From the IMG/VR virus record IMGVR_UViG_3300050505_000464: 64,000 bases of DNA. One strand, given 5' to 3'. This document shows, in pieces, positions 39,964 to 48,588 of this stretch (positions are counted from its first letter, which is position 1; each line of letters opens with the position of its first letter). The translations under genes were made by a program, and so were the position numbers. Source of the DNA: a virus. The notes under the pieces are model-generated. The model searched no databases. It saw only the letters and a program-made list of their open reading frames with translations, and was not told where the DNA came from.

Positions 39964-40530
39964 TTAGCCGACGATCCCGTCTTTTTCGACGCCCAGAATG
40001 TCGCCCGTGATGATCGCGCAGAGCTCGCTCCGCGTGTAGACGATCAGAAACGTTTGGTGAGTCTCCGGGTGCACCGCGGCACCCACGTACGCGCGCGTGA
40101 TGTCGATGGCGCGATACGTGTCCGAGAGCACGAGCTCGGAGTCGTCATCCTCGGGCTCGGCGTACGGCTGAAACTCCAGCCCCAAGATCGGGGCGAGCTC
40201 GGCGATGACCGTCGGCATGCGCGCGGGGAGCGTCACTTCTTCACAGGGGAAATCGAGGCGTTTGCGCGACGTGTAGTCGACGAGGAAGCCGTCTCGCACA
40301 AAGAGCTGCTGCGGGCCTTCGGCGACGTGCTTGTAGTCCTGGTAGTCGCCGCGCTTCTTCCACTTGTCGCTCGTGTATTTCACCGCCTCCGACTGCCCCA
40401 CGCAGTAGAGCTTCTTCGGCCACGACCAATGGATGGGGATCTTTTTGTCCACCTTGCGATCGACGAAGGTCTCCCGGATCCGCTGGGCAGACTCGAGATC
40501 GGATCGGTTGATGAGGAGGCGACGGCCCAT
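39964..40530 (-). CDS. Soluble hypothetical protein within the structural operon
   Basis: 188 aa; VKYTSDKW...YKHVAE motif; ends GIVG. Confidence 0.6.
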   Translation of the reverse strand: MGRRLLINRSDLESAQRIRETFVDRKVDKKIPIHWSWPKKLYCVGQSEAVKYTSDKWKKRGDYQDYKHVAEGPQQLFVRDGFLVDYTSRKRLDFPCEEVTLPARMPTVIAELAPILGLEFQPYAEPEDDDSELVLSDTYRAIDITRAYVGAAVHPETHQTFLIVYTRSELCAIITGDILGVEKDGIVG

Positions 40531-40551
40531 GAGACTCCAGCTGGAGATCGA

Positions 40552-40881
40552 TTAGCGGCGAGATTTACCTAGCAGAAACCCTAAGCCCAGGGCGACCAAG
40601 ATCGCTGCCCCGAGCTTCACCCCGTCGGATGACAAATCCAAGCCGAGCCCCTTGAGCCCAGCGGTGCTCATGGGCGCGATCATCCCGCGAGCGATGGGTC
40701 CGGATCCGATCAGCACCCTATCGCTCGGAATGGCGCGGCCGATGTCCGTCGAGGCCACGCCGAGCTCAGTGGTGTTCGTGAGGGAAGGGACGGGCAGATC
40801 ATCTCCGAGCCCGTAGCGCGTGCTCGGGCTGTCGAAGTAATCGTACCCGCCCGTGTCCGGGCGCCAGCGGGAGTAGATCAT
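40552..40881 (-). CDS. C-anchored membrane protein
   Basis: RYGLG, LKGLG; TM followed by KSRR; start assigned at MIYSRW. Confidence 0.65.
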   Translation of the reverse strand: MIYSRWRPDTGGYDYFDSPSTRYGLGDDLPVPSLTNTTELGVASTDIGRAIPSDRVLIGSGPIARGMIAPMSTAGLKGLGLDLSSDGVKLGAAILVALGLGFLLGKSRR

Positions 40882-40892
40882 GACCGAGGGGC

Positions 40893-41405
40893 TTACTCTC
40901 CGCCCGGCGTCTGGTAGTACGTCACGAAGACCGAGCCCGTGTCCGTCGTGCTCTTGGAGGTGACGCGCACGGTCGTCTCGCTGATCGCTTCGGCCATCAG
41001 CGCGCCCTCGGTGCCCCCGAATGCCGTGTACGACACGTGGAACCACCCGCCGGGATTCACGTCGAATCCCGCGATGTCAACGAAGCTCCCGCTCTCGTTG
41101 GCGACCAGATCGCCCGTGCCCATCTGCACGAGCGCGACGAAGCGCCCAGCGACGGCGCTCGATCCGAGGCCGTTGATGACGTTCGCCATGCCGGAGATGT
41201 CTTCCGAGATGGCGACGGCCATGTTCTTTTTGAGGCGGTACATGCGGTTCGAGTCGCGCACGTAGAAGAGCGTCGCGGCCGGGAAGGCGTTGACGTTCTG
41301 GCCGCGGAGCGATTGGCCGTCGGACTTGTCGTCCTGCACGCCGACCGTGTTGAGGATCGTGACGCGTTTTCCGACGCCGATGTCTGAGGGTGCGTTGTCT
41401 GCCAT
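40893..41405 (-). CDS. Beta-rich protein, paralog A (spike/vertex candidate)
   Basis: Shares DG.SL.GQNVN.FPA..LFYV..SNR.Y.L.KN and V..G(L/I)GSSA.AGRFVA with 41449-41928. Confidence 0.65.
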   Translation of the reverse strand: MADNAPSDIGVGKRVTILNTVGVQDDKSDGQSLRGQNVNAFPAATLFYVRDSNRMYRLKKNMAVAISEDISGMANVINGLGSSAVAGRFVALVQMGTGDLVANESGSFVDIAGFDVNPGGWFHVSYTAFGGTEGALMAEAISETTVRVTSKSTTDTGSVFVTYYQTPGGE

Positions 41406-41448
41406 GTGAATACTCTCTTCTCTTGCTTGGGTGATGGTGGGGTTGGGA

Positions 41449-41928
41449 TCAGAGCGCGGCCGGTGACTCCACGAAGACCGCGAGCACCTGCGAGTTGTCC
41501 GAGTTGGAAGAGCTCGTGACGGTCGCCACGTTGTCGGCGGTCTTGGCCGCGTGGATGATGCCCGGCGTGCCCGAGGCGGTCACGTAGCTCACCAGGAATA
41601 CTCCCCCCGCCGACAGATCGAGCCCGGTGATGACGCCGGTGCCGTTTGAGAGCTGGGCAACGCCGTATTGTTGCACAGCGACGAAGCGTCCTGCCTCGGC
41701 CGAAGACCCGATCCCATCGACGACGTTCAGGCCGTTTTGGGAGCCGACCGCATCGGGCAGGTTTTTGCGCAGGGTGTAGAAGCGGTTGGACTCGGCGACG
41801 TAGAACAGCACGCCCGCCGGAAAGTTGTTGACGTTCTGGCCGGCGAGCGAATCGCCGTCGGTCTCATCACCGATGTGGGTAACGACGACGAAGCGCTTGG
41901 ATGGCGGGAGAAGAGCGAGATCCGACAT
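41449..41928 (-). CDS. Beta-rich protein, paralog B (spike/vertex candidate)
   Basis: Clear tandem paralog of 40893-41405. Confidence 0.65.
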   Translation of the reverse strand: MSDLALLPPSKRFVVVTHIGDETDGDSLAGQNVNNFPAGVLFYVAESNRFYTLRKNLPDAVGSQNGLNVVDGIGSSAEAGRFVAVQQYGVAQLSNGTGVITGLDLSAGGVFLVSYVTASGTPGIIHAAKTADNVATVTSSSNSDNSQVLAVFVESPAAL

Positions 41929-41938
41929 GACTTGTCCT

Positions 41939-42832
41939 TCAGGCCGAAGCCTTTTTGGTGAGCAGGTTCTTGATGACGTAGGGCGCGGCGAGATACATCG
42001 CGTAAATCGCTACCCCTCCGATCGCGTACGGCACGAAGGCCAGCAGCGTGTCTTTGACCGCCTTTGGGATCGTGGTTGCGGCGTTCTTGTTGGGATCCGT
42101 CAACGTCGCGACGCACTGCTGCGTCGTCGCGGCGTCTCCCGCGGTCTGAGCGTTTTCGCAGACCTTGGCGACGATGGCGTTCTTCTTGTTCAGATCGATC
42201 GCGCTCACGACCACCCAGGCCAGGAGGCACAAGGCGGCAATCGCCACGACGACGAGACCCCCGACGATCGCCGGCGCGATGCCGAGGCCCTTTTGGGAGT
42301 TCTGGGACTGATCGATGCCGAGCGCCTTGTAGAGGCCGAGGTTCCGCATCATGACAAGCGCATTCATGGTGCCGACCGCCGTGTTGGCGTGGGAGGCGAT
42401 CTCGGCGTCCGAAAGCCCCGAGTGGTGAATGGTCTCGTCGGAGTGCAGCAAAAACGCATAGAGCGACGACTGGTAGGCGTGACTCACGAGGTAACGGATT
42501 GATTCGCGAGCGAGCCCGACCTGCACCTCTTTGAGCGCGGGATTCGGGCCGGTAACGAGCCCGAGGATGGACGAGGCGATCGATCGCAGCGTGTCTTCGC
42601 TCGTCGCGTAGCTCTTCTGAATCGCCACCGGATCGCCACCCACATCGAAGATCATGCCGCCGACCGCCGCCACCATCGCCGCCTGCGCGGGGGCCATGTA
42701 GCCCGTGATGTAGTCCCGATCCCATACGCTCGCCCGTCCGCGCTGCGTGAGTGCGGCCCAGTCGATGCCGCGGAGACCGAATTCGGTCACCGCCAGCCCC
42801 GCGAGATCGTAGATCGTGGCTGTGTTAAACAT
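41939..42832 (-). CDS. Membrane protein with two TM helices
   Basis: QKGLG immediately before TM1; VCENA...QQCV Cys pair between the TMs; basic C-terminus. Confidence 0.65.
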   Translation of the reverse strand: MFNTATIYDLAGLAVTEFGLRGIDWAALTQRGRASVWDRDYITGYMAPAQAAMVAAVGGMIFDVGGDPVAIQKSYATSEDTLRSIASSILGLVTGPNPALKEVQVGLARESIRYLVSHAYQSSLYAFLLHSDETIHHSGLSDAEIASHANTAVGTMNALVMMRNLGLYKALGIDQSQNSQKGLGIAPAIVGGLVVVAIAALCLLAWVVVSAIDLNKKNAIVAKVCENAQTAGDAATTQQCVATLTDPNKNAATTIPKAVKDTLLAFVPYAIGGVAIYAMYLAAPYVIKNLLTKKASA

Positions 42833-42837
42833 CCGCC

Positions 42838-43317
42838 TCAGGTCCCGTGAGTTTTCTTCCAGCGCTTGTAGCTGACGTAGCTCGTGGCCGCCGCGGCCAC
42901 CGCGAGCGCTCCGTACACGTACGGATGGATCTGATTGAAGGGGAGCGTCACGTCAGCGCGGAGCGATGAGACCGGATCGCCCGCGAGCAGGAAGCGCTTG
43001 ACCGCGCCCGGTGCGCGATTGTCGATCGCGAGCATTTCGTTCGGGGCGACGGCGCCCATCGGTACGTACGATCCCTTCATGCCACCGACTCCCTGCAATG
43101 ATCCGTCTTGGAAATAGCCGAAGTCATCGTACGGCGCGCGGAAATGCGCGATGCCGATGTAGCTCCGCCCCGCGGGCCAGCCGTCTTTGAGCTGGGTCGC
43201 TTCTCCCATGCCTCGCTGCCCGGGCATGCTGCCCGGTCCGCAGCCCAGCCCCTGCAGCACCGCTTGCGTAAACGGGGCATAGGAGTTGGCGGTTTCCACG
43301 TACGTGCGACGAGTCAT
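42838..43317 (-). CDS. Membrane-associated protein with G-h-G motifs
   Basis: LQGLG, QRGMG, LQGVG; late hydrophobic helix followed by YKRWKK. Confidence 0.65.
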   Translation of the reverse strand: MTRRTYVETANSYAPFTQAVLQGLGCGPGSMPGQRGMGEATQLKDGWPAGRSYIGIAHFRAPYDDFGYFQDGSLQGVGGMKGSYVPMGAVAPNEMLAIDNRAPGAVKRFLLAGDPVSSLRADVTLPFNQIHPYVYGALAVAAAATSYVSYKRWKKTHGT

Positions 43318-43320
43318 GGG

Positions 43321-44382
43321 TCAGACCAGGCCCTTCTTCTTGGCGTAGTAGTAGCCCGCTCCCGCCACCGCGAGCGCGAGTCCCCCGACGAGCATCGAGG
43401 CGCTCGTGAGGGGATGCTTGCTTGGCGGCGTCGGCGCCGGCGGCGCGACGGCCGGAGGCGTCGATCCACCGGGAGCAGTCGAGGGCGACTGAGAGGCGGG
43501 CTTCTTCGACGGCAGCGTGTACGCCTGGCAATTCTGCCCGTTCATGGTGAGCAGGTTGTTGCCGGTGTTGTCACCGATCCACTTCATCGCGCCGCACGTA
43601 GCCGCGTCGAGTTTGTTCGTGAGGGGGATCGGCAAGTAGCCGTAGCTGTCGAGGATGCGGTTGATGTTTGACTGGAGAGCGGCCATCTCGGCGTCTTCGA
43701 CGCCCCATTGATGGGTGATGGCAGCAGCCACTTGCTGGCCCTGCACCACGTTGACCTGAGGGGCCACGTAGGTCGTGATGGGTTTACTCGCGCCGACGAC
43801 CGTGGGGTTCGTGCCGGGGGAGCTGCCGCAGTAGGCGTACAGGTTGTAGTCGGTCCACACCGTCGATTGACGCGGGGTCGTGTTGTAGAGGTAGCTCGCC
43901 GCTCCACACGTGGCAGGACCGAGTTTCCCGTCGACCGTGATGAGCTTGTAGCCGCTCCGCTTGAGATCGGCGTTCAGTTGCGTTTGTGCTTTTTTCACCG
44001 TCGCCGCGTCGAGCGATGCGGTTTGGTTCGAGATGGCGGCGTACTGGTTACAGTACTTCGGCACGCAGATCGATCCGTCGTTGGCAGCCGAGTACGCCGC
44101 CGTGCAATCGTCGACCGACATGCCGTACTGAGCCGCGTTCTTGACGCAGTCGTCGTGCGCCGCTGCCCATTGCGTGGCGTGGCAGTCCTGAAACTCCTTC
44201 ACGCCCCAGCACTGCCAGGGCACTTCGCCCGGCGCTGCGGAGGAGCCGAGGCCGGAGATGGCGCCGTTCGTGAAGTACTCACCCATCTGACTCCGCTGGT
44301 AGCGTTCGATGGGCGTGTAGCGCGGAAGCACCGAGCCATTGAGCGGGAGGGCGTTCTTGCTCTTGGGGTTGAAAATGCTCAT
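43321..44382 (-). CDS. C-anchored protein with two peptidoglycan-binding-like domains
   Basis: VKKAQTQLN...GY..ITVDGKLGPATCGA and MAALQSNIN..L...GY..IPLTNKLDAATCGA; ISGLG; TM followed by KKK. Confidence 0.7.
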   Translation of the reverse strand: MSIFNPKSKNALPLNGSVLPRYTPIERYQRSQMGEYFTNGAISGLGSSAAPGEVPWQCWGVKEFQDCHATQWAAAHDDCVKNAAQYGMSVDDCTAAYSAANDGSICVPKYCNQYAAISNQTASLDAATVKKAQTQLNADLKRSGYKLITVDGKLGPATCGAASYLYNTTPRQSTVWTDYNLYAYCGSSPGTNPTVVGASKPITTYVAPQVNVVQGQQVAAAITHQWGVEDAEMAALQSNINRILDSYGYLPIPLTNKLDAATCGAMKWIGDNTGNNLLTMNGQNCQAYTLPSKKPASQSPSTAPGGSTPPAVAPPAPTPPSKHPLTSASMLVGGLALAVAGAGYYYAKKKGLV

Positions 44383-44385
44383 GAC

Positions 44386-45114
44386 TTAGCCTCTTCGTTT
44401 CTTGATGAAATACACGGCGCCGATGGCCAGGAGCCCGCCGCCCACGAAGCCCAGGACCTTCTTCGTGCCCGAGCTCACCATCGGCATCGAGCTCGTGACG
44501 GGCGTGAGCGACGCGGTCGTCGGGATGGGTTTCGTGTTGGGGGCAGCCGGTCCCGTGCCGCAGCCCTTGCTCGCGTCCTGCACCGTCTTTACGTCCTGGC
44601 ACGTGGACGGCATGGCCTGCAGGCCCGCGGGGCCCGCGATGACCGATCCGCCGCACGTCGCCGGCCCGAGTTTGCCGTCCGCGATGATCGGGCAGAGCCC
44701 GGCGGCGATCAGGTTTTGATTGATCTTGTTTTGGAGAGCGAGCGTCTGCGCGCTGTATTTCCCCCAGGGGTAGTTGACCGCATCGCTCGAGGCATCCCCG
44801 AGCGTCTGCGCGTGACCGAGACTCGGCGCGCCGGCGAGGTTGCCGTCGAAGACGCCGCCGCCGTAGCCGCCCGGTCGAAAGATCCCTTCCCCCGCGTCGA
44901 TGGGGTTGTTCCCGACGTTACCGAGGCCGGAGTAGGGTTTGTCGGGGATCATGTCGATGTCTCGCGGTGGAAGGAAAACGGTCGTGGGTTGCTGGATCTG
45001 CGGCATCCCGAACACGGGCCGCGCCCAGAGTCCCCCATGAAAGCGCGTCGGGTACGGATTGACGTGCGCGACGTAGGGCGTCGGGACGCCAGCGGGGTAT
45101 CCGGGGTTTTTCAT
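44386..45114 (-). CDS. C-anchored protein with one peptidoglycan-binding-like domain
   Basis: TLALQNKINQNLIAAG..PIIADGKLGPATCG; YSGLG; TM followed by KKRRG. Confidence 0.7.
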   Translation of the reverse strand: MKNPGYPAGVPTPYVAHVNPYPTRFHGGLWARPVFGMPQIQQPTTVFLPPRDIDMIPDKPYSGLGNVGNNPIDAGEGIFRPGGYGGGVFDGNLAGAPSLGHAQTLGDASSDAVNYPWGKYSAQTLALQNKINQNLIAAGLCPIIADGKLGPATCGGSVIAGPAGLQAMPSTCQDVKTVQDASKGCGTGPAAPNTKPIPTTASLTPVTSSMPMVSSGTKKVLGFVGGGLLAIGAVYFIKKRRG

Positions 45115-45116
45115 GG

Positions 45117-45674
45117 TTAGCGGCCCTTGTGGTTGAGGGCGATCATCGACTCGATGCCGAGCCCGATGGGGCCGAGCCCGAGGCCCGCGACCACGCCCCA
45201 CCAGCCGTAGGTCGCTTCCTTATCGCGGCTCGGCGCGACGGCCTTGCCGACGTAGTACGAGCCCACGCCCGTGAGCACGAGCCCGACCGCGACCGCGGCG
45301 ACCAGGATGCCGCTCGCGGCTTCTACCGCTTGGCCGGGAAGCGCGCTCGCGGTGTCCTCACCGAGGCCGCTGACCGCGCGAATGCCGCTCACGAGCGGCG
45401 AGCCCGTGAAGAAGCTCCCGAGCACGCCGCTCCGCGATGCGCCGGGCGTCGGCATCTGGTACAGGCGGCTGTACGCGCCGATGCCGTCCGGCGATCCGGC
45501 CATGCCGCGCCCGAGGGGCGCGAGCGGATGGGATGCGGCGTTGTAGGGAGCGTTGCCGTAGCCGGCGTTCGCCTGCACCAGATCGCTGTGGCGCACGGGC
45601 AGCTCCTGACCCTGGGAAGGGCCCGAGGCCATGGTCACGTGTTGCTCGTCTTCGTCGTCTGAATAATCAAACAT
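45117..45674 (-). CDS. Membrane protein with C-terminal TM hairpin
   Basis: PDGIG, VSGLG; two hydrophobic helices; start assigned at MFDYSD. Confidence 0.65.
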   Translation of the reverse strand: MFDYSDDEDEQHVTMASGPSQGQELPVRHSDLVQANAGYGNAPYNAASHPLAPLGRGMAGSPDGIGAYSRLYQMPTPGASRSGVLGSFFTGSPLVSGIRAVSGLGEDTASALPGQAVEAASGILVAAVAVGLVLTGVGSYYVGKAVAPSRDKEATYGWWGVVAGLGLGPIGLGIESMIALNHKGR

Positions 45675-45678
45675 GGGT

Positions 45679-46383
45679 TTATTTCTTCTTCTTGAAGAGC
45701 GCGTACAGCGCCCCCGCTGCGGCGCCCACGAGCAGCACCTTGCCGACCGTCGCCGCCGTGCTCGTCGGCACGGGAGCGGGGCCGTCACCGAGCCCGCCCA
45801 TCCCTCGCATGCCGTGGATCCCTTGCCGAATGCCCTGGGGGTTTTGCATCCAGTCGGCGATGTTGACGCCGGGCATGGGCGCGGCCTCTTGCCAGCGCAC
45901 CACATTTTGGGGCGTGGAGTAGCGGCCCTGCTCGATGAAGGCGATCTGCGCGGCCGAGTCGAGCGACACGGCGCCCGACGGCACGCCGACCACGCGGCGC
46001 CCGGTCGTCGCGTCCACGACTTCGCTCAGGCTGAAGGGCACTTCGCGCGCGTGGTAGCCGGGGAGGGAATAGCGCGCCGCAAACACGCCCGCGTCCGGGT
46101 GCACGTTCGGGTGCGTACCCGGAGGATCGAAGACGCCGTTCGATTGAATGTCATCCATCTCGGCGAGCAGATTGAGCTCGTTGGAGGCCCAGCCGGGATC
46201 GGCAGATTCGTCGGACACGTCCAGGTCCGTGCCGGCGAGGCGTCGTCCGTATCTCCGATCGAAGGGCGCGCTGTATGCTTCGGCCGTGCCAGACGAGTAG
46301 CGCGTGTCGCTCGGTCCGACCGCGACCATGGACGGCAGATCGCCCGTGTACGGTTGCGCAGGGTAGCGGGGGTAATTCGGCAT
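45679..46383 (-). CDS. C-anchored membrane protein
   Basis: MRGMGGLG before the TM; ends LFKKKK; start assigned at MPNYP. Confidence 0.65.
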   Translation of the reverse strand: MPNYPRYPAQPYTGDLPSMVAVGPSDTRYSSGTAEAYSAPFDRRYGRRLAGTDLDVSDESADPGWASNELNLLAEMDDIQSNGVFDPPGTHPNVHPDAGVFAARYSLPGYHAREVPFSLSEVVDATTGRRVVGVPSGAVSLDSAAQIAFIEQGRYSTPQNVVRWQEAAPMPGVNIADWMQNPQGIRQGIHGMRGMGGLGDGPAPVPTSTAATVGKVLLVGAAAGALYALFKKKK

Positions 46384-46403
46384 GGGGATCTTTTTCTTCT
46401 TCT

Positions 46404-46901
46404 TTAGCCGGTCGCGATTTTGTAGACGACGACTGCTGCGATACCGAGGCCGAGGACGAGGCCCCAATTCTTCTTGTACGACTGCGCTGCCACCGCGGGA
46501 CTGAGCGACGAAGCGCAGTAGTGCACCGTCACCGTACCCCAAGTGCCGGTCGTCGGCGATTGACGAGGCACCTTCTCGTCGAGCATCGTTTGACCCGCGG
46601 GGCATGGATCGGGCGGGTACTGCGAGGGCGCGCTCGAGGGCGCCGGGCAGATGTGACCGGGCGTCGTGAGGATTTGATTGGCGAGCGTGCAGGGATCGTT
46701 CGGGTCGGTGGAGATCGATTTGCCGCCTTGCGCGTTGCACGCCTTCTGCGCCGTTGCCCATGCCTTCGGCTCGAGGCAAGGCAAGCACGAGCAGGTATTC
46801 GGATCGGCGCAATCGACCTTGTAACCCTGGGCGCAGAGCGGCCCACTCGCGGGCCCGCGGAGGCTCGCGCTGGATGACTGGAAGGTCGCCGAATAACTCA
46901 T
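46404..46901 (-). CDS. Cys-rich C-anchored membrane protein
   Basis: W..AQKAC...DPNDPC motif; about 10 Cys; C-terminal TM. Confidence 0.65.
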   Translation of the reverse strand: MSYSATFQSSSASLRGPASGPLCAQGYKVDCADPNTCSCLPCLEPKAWATAQKACNAQGGKSISTDPNDPCTLANQILTTPGHICPAPSSAPSQYPPDPCPAGQTMLDEKVPRQSPTTGTWGTVTVHYCASSLSPAVAAQSYKKNWGLVLGLGIAAVVVYKIATG

Positions 46902-46906
46902 CTGGG

Positions 46907-47275
46907 TTAGGACTTTTTCCTCATCACGAGGTACAGCGCGCCGCCGCCCGCGGCGAGCGCCGCGAGCAGTCCCCAGCGACGAAACCCGCCGGCCGCGCTC
47001 GTGCTGGCGGGCGTGGTGCTCGATGAAGGCGTGCTTGAAGCGGGCGGCTGGTACGGCGCAGGGATCGAGAAGGTCGGGCACGGCGTCATGCTCGCGATCG
47101 AGCAGGGATCGTTTGGATCGATGGTGGCGGCGGTGTTGATGTTGAGATCGCCGAGACCGCGGAGCGCGCGCAGGTTGACGCGGCCCATCTCCACGTAGCC
47201 GAAGCCCTTGACGGACAAGCGCGCGCTGCATGCCTGCTTTGCTGCTTGCCAGGTTTTGTAATCGACACAGGACAT
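46907..47275 (-). CDS. Cys-containing C-anchored membrane protein
   Basis: W.AAKQAC..VKGFG..LRGLG..DPNDPC; Ser/Thr linker; TM followed by RKKS. Confidence 0.7.
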   Translation of the reverse strand: MSCVDYKTWQAAKQACSARLSVKGFGYVEMGRVNLRALRGLGDLNINTAATIDPNDPCSIASMTPCPTFSIPAPYQPPASSTPSSSTTPASTSAAGGFRRWGLLAALAAGGGALYLVMRKKS

Positions 47276-47278
47276 GGG

Positions 47279-48055
47279 TCAGGACGCTTTCGGTTTCTTG
47301 AAGGTGCGGTAGAGCGCGTAGCCGCCGCCGGCGATCACGACGAGGATGAGCCCGTTTTTGACGAGCCCCGCGCTGCGCGTGGCCGCAGCGCTCGCAGGCG
47401 GAGTCGATTGCGGGATCGAGCTCGAGACAGGCACGGTCGCCGGCACGGAGCTCGGGCCTCCTCCCGGCATGCCAGGTGTGGCGCTGCTCGCTGGCGGCGG
47501 TGCCGGCGGGCGCGGCTCGGGACGAAGCGCGGGCGGCGGCGTGAGCGCGGCGGGGCGCGCGGGAGCCGGGCCCAGAGGAGGCGGCATCGGCACCGGGGGC
47601 TGGCACACCGGCAGCAGCGCGAGGGCGCAGGAGGATCCGGTGGGATCGGCGCCGAGTCCCTTGACCGTCGCCGAGACACGCGCGCAGTCCGCCTGCCAGG
47701 CGTCGTGCTGCGCCTGCGAGACGCAACCGGGATAGCCCGGAGGAGTCACGACGCCGGCGGCGCGGGCGGCCGTGTTGGCGCGGTCGCGCGCCACTTGATT
47801 GGCGAGCTGCTGGCGCTGGGCGGCGGCGACTGCCGCGGCGCGGGCGGCGTTTTGCGCGTTGTACGCGGCCATCGCCGCGGCGTAGCTCGACGCGGCGCCC
47901 GCGGAGGCCGCTGCGTAAGCCTGCACCGCGCGATCGTAGGCGGCTTTTTCTTTGAGCCAGGCGTCATGGTCGGTCTGGTAGGCCACCATCGCGCTCGCGT
48001 ACGCGCTGGACGCATCGCCCATGCCCGCGAGCTTTCCGGAAAATGCGTAGCTCAT
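47279..48055 (-). CDS. Ala-rich coiled-coil plus Pro-rich C-anchored membrane protein
   Basis: LAGMG at N-terminus; W..DC..VKGLG.DP...C; TM followed by KKPK; ATGA overlap with the upstream enzyme gene. Confidence 0.7.
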   Translation of the reverse strand: MSYAFSGKLAGMGDASSAYASAMVAYQTDHDAWLKEKAAYDRAVQAYAAASAGAASSYAAAMAAYNAQNAARAAAVAAAQRQQLANQVARDRANTAARAAGVVTPPGYPGCVSQAQHDAWQADCARVSATVKGLGADPTGSSCALALLPVCQPPVPMPPPLGPAPARPAALTPPPALRPEPRPPAPPPASSATPGMPGGGPSSVPATVPVSSSIPQSTPPASAAATRSAGLVKNGLILVVIAGGGYALYRTFKKPKAS

Positions 48056-48588
48056 CCGATGCTCCAGATCTTGTAGGTGGTGACGCGCTTGAGCATCGAT
48101 GCCTCGTCGGTGCCCGCCACCGGATCGACGATGATCCACTTGTTGCTCTTCGGCTCCAGGGCGCGCGCAAACACGTGCGCAAACGACCCCGGACGCCCGA
48201 AGCCGACGGTCACGTAGGTCACGTCGCGCCCGAGCTGGCGGCAGAGGGTGCCGATGAGGAGGGCGATTTCGTCGCAGTCTGCGACGGCGCGGCCGCGCTG
48301 CACGATCTCCTCGCACATGCGCTCGGGATCTTGGACTTGCTCGACGGCGCTGGCGTCGTTCGAGTACTTGACTTTTTCGGCGACGAAGTTTCGGACGGCC
48401 AGGATTTCCGAGAAGTAATCCTTGGGCGCGATGTCCCGGATGATGTGGTCTTTCAGGCTCCGGACGAGCGTCGACTGCTCACCGCGCGGGCCGACCGTCA
48501 TCGACACCATCATTTTGATCGTGTCTTCTGGCCCATGAAAGGGCGCGATCTGGGTCGGGTAGGTGGAAGCGATGGCGAGTGCGGGCAT
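48052..48588 (-). CDS. Transglutaminase-like (Cys-His-Asp) enzyme, candidate virion maturation protease
   Basis: VKYSND...VQDP, ADCDE (Cys), FAHVF (His), WIIVDP (Asp); first gene of the membrane-protein run. Confidence 0.8.
   Translation of the reverse strand: MPALAIASTYPTQIAPFHGPEDTIKMMVSMTVGPRGEQSTLVRSLKDHIIRDIAPKDYFSEILAVRNFVAEKVKYSNDASAVEQVQDPERMCEEIVQRGRAVADCDEIALLIGTLCRQLGRDVTYVTVGFGRPGSFAHVFARALEPKSNKWIIVDPVAGTDEASMLKRVTTYKIWSIG

Noticed and set aside
29119-48588. Eukaryotic virus (adenovirus, polinton or giant virus) origin suggested by the cleavage-like motif and basic core
   Set aside because: Shine-Dalgarno sites, ATGA coupling, intrinsic terminator, DnaB, HigBA and peptidoglycan-binding domains all indicate a bacterial host.
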